From Lingula anatina (lineage: Eukaryota > Animalia > Brachiopoda), in NCBI GenBank assembly GCA_051362555.1, contig CM120641.1, forward strand, positions 40,244,401-40,308,400: a DNA stretch of 64,000 nt, read 5' to 3'. This document shows, piece after piece, positions 38,601 to 53,600 of this stretch (position 1 is the first letter of the stretch; the number at the start of each line of letters is the position of its first letter). The notes beneath the pieces were generated by a model. It ran no database searches. It had not been told where the DNA came from and was given only the letters and a program-made list of their open reading frames with translations. The position numbers were made by a program, and so were the translations under genes.

Positions 38601-41600
38601 GTTGGTCCTTTTGCCACCAAAATGTTCCATGAATTTTTGGTACGGCTCCAATTACGCACAGCAGAGGATAATGAAAAACACTTAAAGGAACTGATGCTGA
38701 AGTTAGTATACATGCTGACAACAGAGAGGTGGGTACTTCAAAACTATAAAGCCTATAAAATATATTTGAAGTGGAATGTTAAGAGATTCACAAAATACCT
38801 TGCAAAATTTTGAAAAAAAATTGAAATAATCAGTATATTTAGATTGATATTTCATTATATCCATGATCACTTTCACATCATTACTGACCTAGATTTTCAT
38901 TTGCTCATTGATATTCTCCATTATTTGAAATAAAGTTACCTACATATGTGTTTCATATGACATAATTTTGACTTCAGAGGTGCTTTCCACTGTGGACATG
39001 GTCCACTGGATGCCCAGTGCAAGTTGCTGGACTATGTCCTTGACCAGCAGTATGACAGTGTGGACATCAGCAATGCCATCAGTGTTATAGAGTCCATTAG
39101 TGTCCTGGTCCACCATCACATCCTCAGTCAGGAGAGAGTGCTGTGTAAGAGCCAATCAGACGGAGGAGTCAGTGCAAGGTCGTGTTTTGGTGGGTTATTT
39201 TCCAGTCTCTTGAGACCTGGGGACTCCAAGTCAATGGTGGGAGAGGCGAACCGTGATGTGCTGATGTGTAGCCTGTTGAAACTGGTCAATAAACTGATAC
39301 AGGTTGTGCTGCCAGGACGGAACTCCAGGGGAAGTACAACAGAGGAGGAGCCTATGGATGTCATTGGAGAACCCCTGACAGACTCCAGTAAGCTGAGTCA
39401 ATCTAGAGCAGGTAATAACTCAACAGTTTTAGAGGGTGCTAGACCCATAGAAGTGTGGTCCAAGTCCGATGAAGAGAAAAGCTCAGAGACTGATGAACAG
39501 AAAACTGAGACCGCCTCCTCTCAGGCTAACACACCTACAGCTCCACAGCCAAAGAAAGCATGCTCCCATGGCCCTGATATGAACAGGAAGGAACACACCC
39601 TATCAGATGTCATTCTGACACATGAGAAAATAATGACTCACTTGTTGGAAGCTTTGAGTTTCTGTAACAGCAGCACCATGGCCACCATCTTGTGTACCTC
39701 TGGACTGCAGGGGAGTATGCAGGACACATTCACGGGGCTGGACGTGCTCTCAGTGGGAGATGGAATATTTCAGATCCTGTGCACACTGAACAAGAAGGCC
39801 ACAGATATGCAGTTAATAGTGGGACCCATGTACAAGTACCTGTCATCTGGGTTCAGAGGAACTGGTGCACACTCCATTTGCAAGCTCTCTGAGCCCTTGC
39901 TCTGGTTCATTCTAAGAGTGCTGGACTGTGATAAAGCTCTAAGTAAATTCCTGGAATTTGGTAAGTGATTGAATTATTAATTTGGACATAATCAATAGAG
40001 ACATTGAAAATATTTTCTTTTTTCTAAGTCAGCATTATTACATCAGCATATGTTTTTTAATGTATGAAGTTCGCAAGTGAAAAATTTATTTTTTCTTCAA
40101 TCAACAACTTGTTTTAAAAATATTGTTAGCCTACGGCATTTTATCTAATAAATGGAATTTAAGACCCGTAATACATATAGGCATGTGGTGACTTTGTTTC
40201 CAGGAGGTGTAGAAGTGATCTGCAGGAATTTGGTCCAGAGTAACAGGCGAGTGATCAGCACAGGTCCCAGTCTCATCTCCACCATCATGCAGTACCTGGG
40301 CAGCAGTAAAATGGCCAGCTATAACCTGTCCAAGTCCAGAGGAAGCACAGACACTGAGGCTGCTGAGGGATTACAGAACTTTGCTCCTTTAGGTAATACA
40401 GTGCTTCTAGTCAACTGTGATGACAGTGTTCAAAGGTTTATTTAAAGGTTATGCTGTCCATTTTACAAAATAAAATTGAATTTGAAAATGATTCTGAGAC
40501 TGTTGTACAACTACAGTGCCCTATCTTGAACAGCATGATATAGTTCTCAGAGGATACTTATTATGTTGAAAAAAGGTTTAAAAAAACGTCAGCTCTGGTC
40601 TAATCTGGATAGTCAGGAGGATAATTTTGTAATTATCAAAATGGCCATTTTTAATGAGTTTTTTTTTAATCTACACGTGTTTATTATATAAATTTCCTGA
40701 GAATTAGATAAGAATTTGTATATAACCCCTAATGGGTTGTCTCAACCTTAGTACAATACCTAAAGTACACCATCAATCGATTTGAAACCAACTACAACAA
40801 TAGATCTTAATTAAAATCCATTGATATGTTTTTCTAAAATTTCAAGGTGGATTTTCTTCCATTTGAAATCCTGTTATAAATGTGAGTTTTATGAACATTT
40901 ATATTTTGACACTTTCTATTATGTCTATGGACAATGTTTAATGGGTACTGACATAGTATTTTAACTATTGTCACAACATTCTCTGGTATTGTTCTCCAGG
41001 TTCCATCAGTTCCAGCAGTCCTACAGCCAGTCCAGCTGAGGTGCTGGTCCAGGCGTCTCCACCACACAGGAGAGCCCGGTCAGCAGCCTGGTCCTACCAT
41101 TACTACCCTGATGAAGCCTGGGTTGATCTTACCATACAGCTCCCATGTGCTGTACTGCTGAAAGAAGTACAGATACAGCCGCATTTAACTTCCCTAGCTA
41201 GTAAGTATATAATTTTATATATGTTACTGATAATGGTGTGTTTAGAAAGAAGTAGACCAGAAATAGACTGTGGTTTTACAGATAGCCGGTTTGTGTATTT
41301 TAATAATAATTACATGAGAATTGAAAAGTCTGAAGTGTGATTGATATCATTAACCTGGTCATCAGGTGACGTATGTTGATCTAATTATTGCCTGAAGAGA
41401 CTTATTTATATGAGTTGTTCTGTCTCTAAGAATTTAATTTTTTTTGCAATAAGGCAAAAAGATATGCACTGCAAAGAAATCAGGGTTATAGTATTAAAAT
41501 AGTTTTAACTTAACAAAAACTAAAAATATTGGACATTTATATGTGTAAATATGTTTGATGACTCTTTGAATCCACAGTCCTTAATTTCTGTTCCAGCATG

Positions 41601-44600
41601 TCCTGCAGCAGTATCTGTAGAGGTCAGTAGAGATGTAATGCAGAGTGTCCCCATCAGTCCACCAGTGGTCACTAGTGGACTGACCTTTATCAAAATACAG
41701 CTCCTTAAGCCTGAGGTAGCCACAGCAGTGACCATCAGACTTCACAAGCCAAAGGACTCCACCACAGTTGGGCTGTCACAGATTCTACTGATGGGGTATA
41801 CAGCATTTGGTGACAGCAGCTACAGGAACCCTAATGTCTTTGCTCCCTCTGAAGATTTTGTTTCAAGAACTAGGTAATTTTAAACATTCGATTTATAATA
41901 TTTATAATATAATATAATATTGGTTTATAAGTTCATTTTTGTCATTTTTGAATAAAAGGTAGGTTATATTTTTTTAATGAAATTACATTTTATTATCAAG
42001 TAGGTTGCCAGTCTTATCTGGTAAACTGCCAGTGCTGAGAGCACTTGAAAATACTTTTGATATTCACACAGAAATATAAAGACCTGTTGAATGGATATTA
42101 TAACCATTTTATAGAGATGTAGATGATATTTGTTTTCAATGAGTCCAATTTTAATTACAGTATTGGTTGGCTGCGCCTGCTTCACCACTGCCTGTCCCAT
42201 GTGGAGGCCATGGCTGAACCCATCGCTGCCGCTGCTGCCCCCACACCTCACCTCCTCAGCACATGTACTGCACTGCTGGTCACCCCAGCTACCAGTATAT
42301 ACTCCTCAAATATAGAGGCAGTGCTGCTCAAGATAGGCTTACACAGCACTGACATGGGATTAGCCCTTCTTGACAACTTACTCAGAAATACAGTCTCTGG
42401 TGAACAAGGTATGTGTGGAATAGACATGGTAACGCAGGCTGATTCATATTATACCAGTATTTTGCCTTTCACTTTCATCATATCACAGGTTTCATCATCA
42501 GTAGCTAAGAGGAAGTTTGGAGGTGAATTTCTTTCCATCTATAAAGCTCTGTCAATTTGTAAATATTATATTTATGTATAAACTGCATAAAAAAAGCTTG
42601 TACACTGTCTTTACCTTCAGCACAGGCATTGTATTCTATTGTTGAAGATATGATATATAACCTATTCTTATAACCTATTCTTTCTGTAATAGACCAGAGT
42701 CTTCTACATGGTAAAGTCAATGGAGTTGCTAACGATTCCACAATCGACATCATCTATCAGTTGTGTATGACACAAGATGCAGGTACAGCAGAAAGGATCA
42801 GGGCACTTGTTGATTGGCTAGGAGACACAGCCAGAGTAGCTCTGCAGAAAATTGGCAATATAGCAGATGATGGGTATCGTCCCTCACCCAGGGACACTCT
42901 AACCCTGACTGCAGAGGGGTTGCCCAACCCTGCCCCTGCTCACATCCACTGCATTGCCTCTGTGTTTTGGCACAGCCAAGAGCTTACTTTGAATTACAAT
43001 CTGGGGGACATTTTGACCAAGGAGCTTTTAAGGTAAGACAGTGAAATTTTGCAAAATTGTTGAAGTTAAATTACAGTGTATTTCTGTATACCTGACTATT
43101 TGAAGAAGGAAGAACATTTTTTTTATATTAAATATCTTAAAGAAGTCGCTAATTAGTCTGAAAGTTATTGAAAGGTTTTCTATACCAAAGTAGTGTACCA
43201 TTGGGAAGAAACTGTGATCAAAACTGTAACCATATCTTTGTTTTTATCCAGCTCTTTGTACGAGTGGTCTGCTGTTCTTCCTGCCTCCTCCACTCTGAAG
43301 ACTGCAGTGGACTCTGTGATCTGCTCAGCCTGCTACATACACCCCGAGTACTTCAGCTGCCTCATGGAGTGGATGGGGATCATAGTCAGCATGGAGATGT
43401 CTGTGACAGATGACTTCAAAGATGTCACCCAGTCACAGCAGAACCAGGAATCCATGACTGATGACTCCAAGGAAGCTAGTAATGTATTCAGTCTAGACAT
43501 TGAGCAGACTACTGTACATCAACCAATGACGTTACAGGATTTGGGTCACATGATCTTAGATGAGGTTCACCTAGCAACACTTGGTGTGGCCTGTCAGTCT
43601 GAAAGTGCAGTGCGGCAGCTTCTAGAGTCCGGATTCCCAGCTATGTTGGCCCAGGCAATGTATGAGTTTTGTAATAAAGAGCTTGGACGATACAGTGACT
43701 CTTTGTCTTTCTCTGAAAAGACAACTGACTCTGTCAAAACTAATAACTTGAAGAAAGGTTCTCGAAGGAAAGAAAGTGTGGAATCTCTAGCATCAGGTCA
43801 GTATAAATACAGACAGATTGGATTGATAGTTGAATGGTTTTAGAACTGTGGTTGAAACGACTTCAGTTTTGGAATGGATTGATAAATGCTTTGGATTTAG
43901 ACCAAGGTTTACAATGTACTGAAACAATTAAAACATTTTGAAAGCAATTATACGTTTTTTGTGCAACAGTGAAAAATAATTTCACCCTTGTAACTAATAT
44001 ATATTGCTTGCCATTAGACAAAGGCATATGTTTGACAGCAGACCTGGTAGCTCCAGTCCTCCATTTCTTTACCACGGTGACCCAGGAGTCCGTGATGAAG
44101 GACTGGCTGGGGGATAATGAGGGCAATATTTTCTGGAGTGTGTTACTGAACATGCTGTGTAACACACCTGCTCAGACAGCACTACTGGATGCCTGTACTA
44201 CCAACAGGTGCAAGGTAAGAGATGGATCTTACTGGACCTTCTACATATCACTAAGACTCTCCTAAATGGATCAACAAACCTACTACATGCAGGTTTTATA
44301 ATGATTTGGTGTCTCTTCTTTTGATTAAAACCTTAATTCGTGACTGTTTGATTGAAAAAAATACTTTGAAAAAAATCTTGGTTAAAAACAGGCAGTTAAA
44401 GCCAGTCAGTTACCATTCTAAAAATGTTTTCCTGTTAAAATATTCATCATTATGTCAAATCTGATTTTAAAGATGAATACGTATATATTTGATCAGGTCA
44501 TGTCAGGACACCAGAGGGCCGCCATAGAGAGTGCTGCTGTAGTATTCTTCACCAAAGTGGTCACCTGTCACTCCACAAACCAGAAGTTATTTGCCCAGGT

Positions 44601-47600
44601 GTTGTGTGATGTTATCAAAGGACAGGGATCACCACATGCAGGTAAAATTACAATTTCTTCACTTAATTGTTTGGTGATTATATTGAGATTTTTAATATTA
44701 TCCAGGTATTGTATTTCAATTCACTGTGATTGAAAATTTTTCGTTTTTTATGATGTATTTAAGAAGGAATTTACACCAGGATTTTGTTTTCGTTTTGATC
44801 ACCAAAAGTTAGATTGCAGATATGGTGCTACCCTTAAATCTATTCATCATCTTGTTATGTGGCATGGTTGTTCATTCAACAGAATCAAATATGAGTTCCA
44901 AGGTTGAAGCCAATAATTTTAGGCAATTTCTGAGGACCTACATATTTCTTTAATTATCCCAGTTACATGTTTTGTCTTAAATGTTTAAATGAAAATTGAT
45001 GAAATTTGCTTTCATCCTTTTGTTTATTTTCCAGTACTTAATCAGGGCAACCTGCCACTGTCAGGTTTTACACGGCGCCTTTTCCTGCAAGTGTTACTGG
45101 AGGATGAAAAGATCCTGGTGGCATTCAAGTCCTCGTCATCTCTGTACAAGGGCACCAGTAATGCCTCCACCAGTGTACTGCAGCATCCCAAGTTTGGAGC
45201 AGGGCACAAGTTCCGCACCATGGAGCTCAGCTTGCAGATGACATGTGGAGAGGTCCTGTCTAAAGTTTCAGGTAATTTTTTTTAAGAAGATCATGTGAAT
45301 GCATGCAAATAAGCATTTTGTATTTGTTTTTTCCCCACTAACTTGATTTTAACTGTGGAAATGATAAGCCAGGCAATAGTGATACTTTAGATTTGCTTGA
45401 TACTGTACTTTCCTTTTTTGTGCATTTTCCAAGGTCATAATCTTTTATATCAGCATGCATTCTAGGAGACATGATTTCTTTATTATATCATTATTATTAT
45501 TATTATTATCATCATACTCTTCTTCAATAAAAGTATCATAAAAATACCTTCTACTTTAGACACCCCTTCATTAACAGCTCAGCTGTTAGAATCCAGAGAA
45601 GAGAAGAAAAAACTAGAGGCCCTAGCAGATAAAGACACCAATGACCTGGCCCTGGAGGTCATGGAGGACATTACACAGGCAGCAGGTGAGCAGATAGTTG
45701 CACGTAGTTAAAATTTACCAGCTATTATGAGGAAATTGAGTATTCAGCATAAAGCAGAAAAATGTGCTTTTACAAGCTATGCATGCAATTTTGATATACT
45801 GCTTTATTTGAGTAACCTAATACATTCAATGCATGAAGTAAGCTGATTTGATGTAGAACTCAGTAAAAAATATTAAGATGTCTTCTTTCTCTGAATGTTA
45901 ATGGACTAATGAATGTCTTAGCACACACATTAATGCATGAATGTATGAACAAGGGAACTAACTTGTTTCTAATTTAATCGATTCTGGTCATTACATTCAT
46001 GTGTAAGTCATAGATCTATAATTGATATAAATCATTAGAAAAGAAAATTTCTCATTCTATCTCGCATTTGAAAATTATTATTAAAAAATTGACTAAGCTT
46101 GGAACTAATTATAAGTATCCAAGTATAGATCTTTCAGAAAAGCCTATTTTACCCAACTTATTACACCAAATAAGGTTGGCATATGAATTCCAATATCTAC
46201 ACAACTTTCATTGCATTCCCTTTCCAGTTCATTCATTAATTCAATCAATCCTCTATTTTTCAGGATTTAAAGCCAAAGACAAGCGTGACAAAGACAAGCA
46301 GAACAGTCAGGTATTGAAGGGGAATGGTTTACCACCCAGACCCCCTGCCAGACTGGGCTATGTACTGGCAGATAAAGGAGCTGGAAGTACTTTCCACATC
46401 CCACTGCTCACTCTGTTCCATGATCTTATGCCAGGTGAGGGATGTGGAATTTATTTGTGATATTTTAATTGAAATGTCATAGATATGTAGAGACTTTTCA
46501 CTTATGTCAGTTTGATTTAATTTTTGCAAGGTTTGTTCTTGTGAGATACTTTTTAATTTTTTTAACCATTGAATATTTTAATTAGGAAAAGAGAACATAA
46601 ATTTTTAAAACTGAAAGTGGGATCACATTTTTATAACTTAGCTAAATAAGTTGGGTATATTAAGGATAGTTTTATGCTAGCATATACATGACAAGATTTT
46701 GTAATGATTTGTTCATCCAGTTTGAAGTTTTTGTATGTGATATATAATACTAATCGAGGTCCAGTGGTAGATCCAAGTATTGTGAATATTCAATTACTTT
46801 TCTCATAAAAAAAAATCTTACATGCTATTTTCTCTGTGTTAAGGTCAAGCACTTCCCAGTGATCTCAGTCTGTCTCAGCTGTTGGTTTTACTACACCACC
46901 GTGGGTTCCCAGAGGGTTACTCTGCCCTGGAGTTTACCTTGAGGCTTAGAGCAAGGAAGATAACTGCAGGCAAGCCAGAGAAGAGGGGCAAGGGATATGA
47001 CCCTAAAGGTAAACTAAGAAATGCATCATTCATTAATCTATTTTATTGATATATTTTAATGATTAATAGTTTTATTTGTGATAAATTTGATATTATTGGT
47101 GCAAAAAATTAATTCAGAACTATTTTGTCAAAATGTATATGAGGCAATCAGTGGTAATCTTTGGTACCAATAAATAGTCTTAAGTTTTATTTGGCTGCTC
47201 TCCATTAGACTGTGACATTTACTGCATCCCTTTTAGATCCTAATCAAGTAGGAGAACTAGTGAAACATCCAAGTGAGCCTGAGGGAGAAACCATCCCAGA
47301 TGAGGTCTTATTACAGACCCCCAGCTATCCCTCTGCCCTGCAGGTTTTTGCCAGTGTCGGGGGTCTTGCTCTGTTAGCAGAACATCTGCCACTGCTTTAC
47401 CCAGAGATCTCACGCCATGTGTCGCCAACAGAGGGCAACAGAGATGCTAGCTCCAATAGCCTTGGACATGATTGGGTTACCATTGAAGGGGATGATATAT
47501 TTGAAGATGTGAGTATAGAAGTTAAAAAATGGAATTGCAGTGCTCTGTAAAATGTTAAATAAATTTTTCGTTGAGTCAAAGTAAGGCAAGTTTATATGAA

Positions 47601-50600
47601 TTGTAATGCATTTTATGATTTATTAAATGTAAAACATTTGTGAAACTTACCTCATTGTGATATTAATAGTTTTTCCCTTTCTTCAGGATATTTATGAACC
47701 TATATCACACAGCCAGCCATCTCAGTCATCTCGTCAGAACACTTTCAGCCACCCGTCAGTACCCCCTCACTCCATGGTGGCCTTTGGTCTGTTCCTGAGG
47801 CTGCCTGGCTATGCTGAGGTCCTGCTGAAGGAGAGGAAGAGGGCCCAGTGTCTGCTTAGGCTGGTACTAGGAGTGACAGATGATGGGGATGGAGGTGATG
47901 ACATATGATCTTCACAAGCAAAAAAAAAGAGAGAGAGAGAGAGAGAGATGGAGCTCATTTTTTGCTTAGACAAACTCACTACTTTATTAAAATTGTTAAA
48001 AGTTTCTCTATCTTTCTTTTCTCTCTTTAAATGCCTCTCTCATAAATTACAGATAAGTCCAGACAAGACCAATATAAAGTTATTGTACACTTTTGCCCTT
48101 TTAAACAGTTCACCAAGAATAACTTATATTGTTAATTTTCACAGGTCACATTCTAAGTTCTTCCATGGCCGGCTCCCTGCCAACTCTCCCATTCCATGTG
48201 CTGAGGACACTGTTTGCTGCCCAACCTCTGACTACAGATGATGGGGTGGTGTTACGGCGCATGACACTGGAGATAGGAGCTTTACATTTAATCCTGGCTT
48301 GCCTCTCTGTGCTGAGTCACCATGGTCCAAGGGAACCATTGCCTGGCTTTCATCAAGAGGTGATGAGAAAACATGTGGTCAAGACTTTATAATTACTTAC
48401 CTTGCATTATAAACCCTAATTCAAATTAGTATTATTGCATGCCTTGTTATTGAATCTATGATCCAACATATTGAGTTAGGTAAAAAGATTGGTCTGATTT
48501 CTGTTTTTAGCCGAGGATTTCTGCTACCCAGGTCGCCTCCTGTGTAGTTGCTCAGCCACAGCCACCACAACCACCATTTAAAGTAAGGGCAGATAGGACT
48601 GTTGCTGACTTTATAAAAAAGAATTGCTTTAAATCCAGTTATGCTACATTTCATTATTGACAATTAGTATAATATTGATTTTTTTGTGATCTCTTTGTCA
48701 AGAAGTCTACAAGTTGTTTTATCTTCTTTATATGAAATGCTGTTATTAAAATCTTTTCTTAATGATCAGAATATAGGTACCCTAGATTTTGCCTGTAAGA
48801 CCCTAGAGTTTGCCTGTAAGTATGTAGCTTACTTTTAACAATCAAGTTTAGCTTACTTTTAACAATCTGTGTCCTTCAGCTGATCCAGGCCGCTACTTCC
48901 ATGTCCAACTGGAGTCAGCTCCAGAGCAGCAGCAGCAGCAGTGTCCAGGCCCCCGTGAACTCTGTTGGGGATGAGAAGAGCCAGCACTACTGGGCCAAGG
49001 GGACTGGGTTTGGGACAGGGTCCACTACCTCAAGCTGGGATGCTGAACAGGCACTGCTCAGACAGAAAAGTGAAGAGGAACACGTCACGTATCTACTGCA
49101 GGTGTGTAGTGCTGGTTGTCACTGTTATCTGGTCGTGTTGATCTTTCAGGGGAATCTCACTTTTAATGTAGATTGTGGCCCATTGTAATATATTGCAGCG
49201 GAGTGAGAGTGACATCAATTTCCATTTGATGAATCCAGCTTCTCTGGTACACCCTTTCATCAATCAAAATGTGGATAATTAAATTTAATAAAATTATTTC
49301 AGGTGCCTAGAAATTATCATTTCGTTCCCCTTTAAATTATACGTTAGTATCAGTTTCTGTGATGTCACACTCCAAAATGACTGGCTCTGCATTACCTTTA
49401 AATATTTGTTTTAACAGTCAAGCAATAGACATTTTTGTTGTTGTCATTAACCAGCTGTGAAAAATTTTGTTTATACAGGTATTAGCTAGTTATATCAACC
49501 CAGGAGGTGCAGTGCCCAAGGACTTTGAATCCCCAGAGTACCCCAGCACTGCTGAGAAAATGGCTCTCCCAGCTAATGTACCAGAGCTGCTCAGCCAGTC
49601 CTGTCTTGTTCCAGCCATTTCTTCATATCTCAGGAATGATTCAGGTTAGTGGGGGCCTGTTTTTATACTTTATGGACACACAACTCTTCTAAATCTGTTA
49701 TTTTTGGACTGTTTGTGAATGTTACACCTTGCACAGAGATAACATAAATTGCCAAACAATACTTTGGCATATTTCATATAAGTATGTAGAAATAAAACAA
49801 ATAAATGATAGATGGCTCTAAACAAAATCGCTACAGTAGCTGCAATGTTGAATGTGACTAGATATCTTTACTATGATATTTTAGTATTTCTGTTTAAATA
49901 TCTTCAGTGTTCATATATTTGTGTATTCCAGTATTAGACATGGCCCGTCATGTGCCCCTGTACAAATCATTACTGGAGCTGTTGCGTGCCATAGCTGTGT
50001 GTCCTCTCCTAGTGCCTTTACTGCTGCCACTGGACAAAGAGGAAGGGGCTGAGGCCTCGGTGGAGACATTACTGGAGAAGATGAAAGCCTGTGTGGACAC
50101 ATATGCAAGCAGACTCAAGTAAGTGGAGTTAGACCAATACATGTATTGCACAGTCTACCTCAGATTTTTTGTCTTTTATTTTTGGACACATATTCAAGCA
50201 AACTCAAGTAAGTGTAGTTTGAGTAATATGGTCTATTGTGCAGTTTACCTCAGATTTTTTTTTTTTTTGCATTTAGGTGTATAGTTTTATTTCTGAGCTC
50301 AGTTTATTTCCAATCTGATGTGAAATGAAAATTTCATTCTGTGACCTTATTAAATTCATTTACAGCTATCATTCTTCATTTATCTATTTTATGTGAATAA
50401 TTTTTATCATAAATTATTATAAGATAAAATGTAGCCTGACCTGTTGAGCTTGTTATTGTTATTATTAAGGTGAAAAAAGTGAAAGACAATTCAGTTGCAG
50501 ATGATGCCATCCAATAAAGTTCTTTAAAATTAAACATACCAGATTTAGAATTATTACTTAAGATGTCTGTTATGCTTTTGGATGTGCAACCAGTTACTTT

Positions 50601-53600
50601 TGTCAAAGCACTGAACTTTTTCTTACAGCTGTAATTCCAAAGGCAAGACTAAGAGTCGACGAGAGGATGATGATGAGTCAGAGGGGCTGGCCTTGTTGAT
50701 ACCTGACATCCAAGAGACGGCAAGGATGACCAAAATAGCTACTGACAGGATCAAAGATGAGACAGGTGGGTTGGGTGGTTGACTGGTTGTTGGTTTGCTG
50801 GTTGGTTGCCTGACTGGTTGTTGGCTTGCCGGTTGGTTGCCTAACTGGTTGTTGGTTTGCTGCTTGGTTGCCTGACTGGTTGTTGGTTTGCTGGTTGGTT
50901 GCCTGACAGGTTGTTGATTTGCCGGTTGGTTGCCTGACTGGTTGTTGGTTTGCTGCTTGGTTGCCTGACTGGTTGTTGGTTTGCTGCTTGGTTGCCTGAC
51001 TGGTTGTTGGTTTGCTGCTTGGTTGCCTGACTAGTTGTTGGTTTGCTGGCTGATTCATTGGATGACTGGTTCGTTGGTTAATTGGTTGACTGGTTGGTAT
51101 TTTGGTTGTGTATGTGAGGGCGCAGATGTACCAGTGTATGTAAATGCTATTTTCAACTGAATAAGAAAGACCCTAGCTTGATTTAGGTTCAGAGGATGTT
51201 AGAGTTGCCTGTTTATGTATGCTTCTGTTTTATTCCTAGAACCAGGAGAACAGCAGACAAGCACTGAAGAGTCCAGAGGGGCAATGAAAGATAGCACAAC
51301 ATCAGATGCAAACTACATGGAGATCATGAAAGAGCTGCAATTTGGTAAGATGATTCTACTATATATAAATATGTCATGTACTAAGTACTGAAAATGAAAT
51401 AAACAGTATACTGAAATGGCTTATTTTGTGTTAATTACTTTTTTTATTTAAAAAGATAGTAAGATACTATTTATGTATATAAGATGCAAAATCAAGGTTT
51501 TAAGAATATGAAAATACTTGTGATGAAATGAGTCAATGTTTTATATCACAACATTAAAAGGTTCACCATTTTTGTCTTTTCTTCAGACACACACCAACTA
51601 CTCACAGATGAAAGTGGCACTCTGAAATTCCTGTCTCCCCACCATTACGAGTCCAATGTGAGATCTGCAGGAGAAATCAACAATCCTGCTCGCTCTCGTC
51701 GCCTGGCACAGGAGGCAGTCACGCTGTCCACCTCTCTGCCTCTGTCTGCTAGCAGCAGTGTGTTTGTCAGGTGTGATGAAGAAAGACTGGATATTATGAA
51801 GGTTTGTGTTTGCAGGTTCTTAAGATTTACTAAAGTGAAGGAAATGCGAATCACTAGAAGAAAAAATATGAAAAATAAGTTTTCTTTTTGTGTTTAAAAG
51901 AGTAGTTGAATATGTGATATTTTTACTGAATCAGTGACTGAAAGATGTTTGTATTTAGAAACATTATTTCAATCAGGGATGTAAACTGCCTGAGATATTT
52001 TGATATGAACAGTATTTAGTACATTATATTTGTCAAAGTTTCCAATCAGGGAAATAACATATTGAATAATGAATATTTGTAGGTGTTGATAACTGGGCCA
52101 GCGGATACACCATATGCCAATGGCTGCTTTGAGTTTGATGTGTACTTCCCACAAGATTATCCAAACTCTCCTCCACTCATCAACCTGGAGACCACTGGCA
52201 ACCACATAGTTCGATTTAATCCCAATTTATACAATGATGGCAAGGTAAATATTGGTGAATGCAGTCTATGCTTAATGAGTTTATATATTCTAAAATTATG
52301 TTTTTCATATATTATTGTCTCAATATAGGAATATGCATAATGGTCAACAGATTTGATCTCCATTTTAATTTCCTGGTGTTATTAAACACTTGTGCATTCA
52401 AGTTTACCATTCCAGACAATTTTATCTTTTTTAATTGAGTACATGTGTAATCAACAAAATTTCAGGTGTGATATCTTTACATCTTTGGCTGTATTTGTAA
52501 AAAGGATTTTGTATATTATCTTGCATTGTTTTTCAGGTGTGTCTTAGTGTTCTTAATACATGGCATGGGAGACCAGAGGAAAAGTGGAATTCACAGACAT
52601 CAAGCTTCTTACAGGTACATTTAATATGTTAGACAAGCTTATAAAGAGCACATATAGTGACATGAAACTATATACATGACTATAACTACATGCTAAAAGA
52701 ATATTTTAAACGTAGCACTATTCAAACAACTATTTTCTTCTTTTCACAGGTTTTGGTATCCATCCAATCTCTTATCTTAGTCTCTGAGCCATACTTCAAT
52801 GAGCCAGGTTATGAGAGATCTCGTGGCACCCCTTCAGGCACAGCCAGCTCTAGAGAGTATGATGCCAACATCAGACAAGCTACAGTCAAATGGGCCATGC
52901 TGGAGATGCTGAAGAACCCTACTCCTTGTCTCAAAGAGGTAAGCAAAGATTGATTTTTTTTTCTGATTTAAATTGTAAATCCAATTTTTTTTTCACCTTA
53001 ACCAGCCCCAGACCCTCACTCATAAGATCACCGAGCTATTTTTCCTACATCTTCCATACTGATCAAAATTATGTCTGTAAACATCGTAAAGACTTTTGTA
53101 GACAGAATCAACTGGTATGTTATGCTGCAATAATAAAAAGTTTCTAGAAGATGCAAAATTTATAATACAGTCCACAAGAAGCATAAAGCCTTGGCAGAAT
53201 CTATTAATACTACTGCATGATCAGCTATCTTTACTGGTCCTAAATAATAACTCTTCTTTATACCATTCTTGCGTTAAAATTATATTTAAAATGTTTAATA
53301 TTTTAACGTTACAGGTGATTCACAAACATTTTTGGTTAAAGAGGAGAGAGATCACAGCCCAGGTGGAAGAATGGATCCAGGAAATGGAGAGCTACAGTGG
53401 TGATAAGAGGACTGGCAGGGCCATAGCTCTCAGTAATGTGGCTCTCAAGGTAAGTCCATCACTTATCAAATGACTGAGGGATGGCATAGAGGTTATGTGC
53501 TATCAACAGTTTATCACTAGAAGCAAGCACATTGTGTAAGCCACATGATGGTGATGAAACGGATAATGTTTGAAATCTTCAAACAGGACTTTCTCCTGGA

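Noticed and set aside
50678-51058. Q/N/T-rich ORF
   Set aside because: Translation of an intronic minisatellite.
25577-52363. Many antisense or alternative-frame ORFs over BIRC6 exons
   Set aside because: Shadow ORFs of GC-richer coding exons with no independent motifs.
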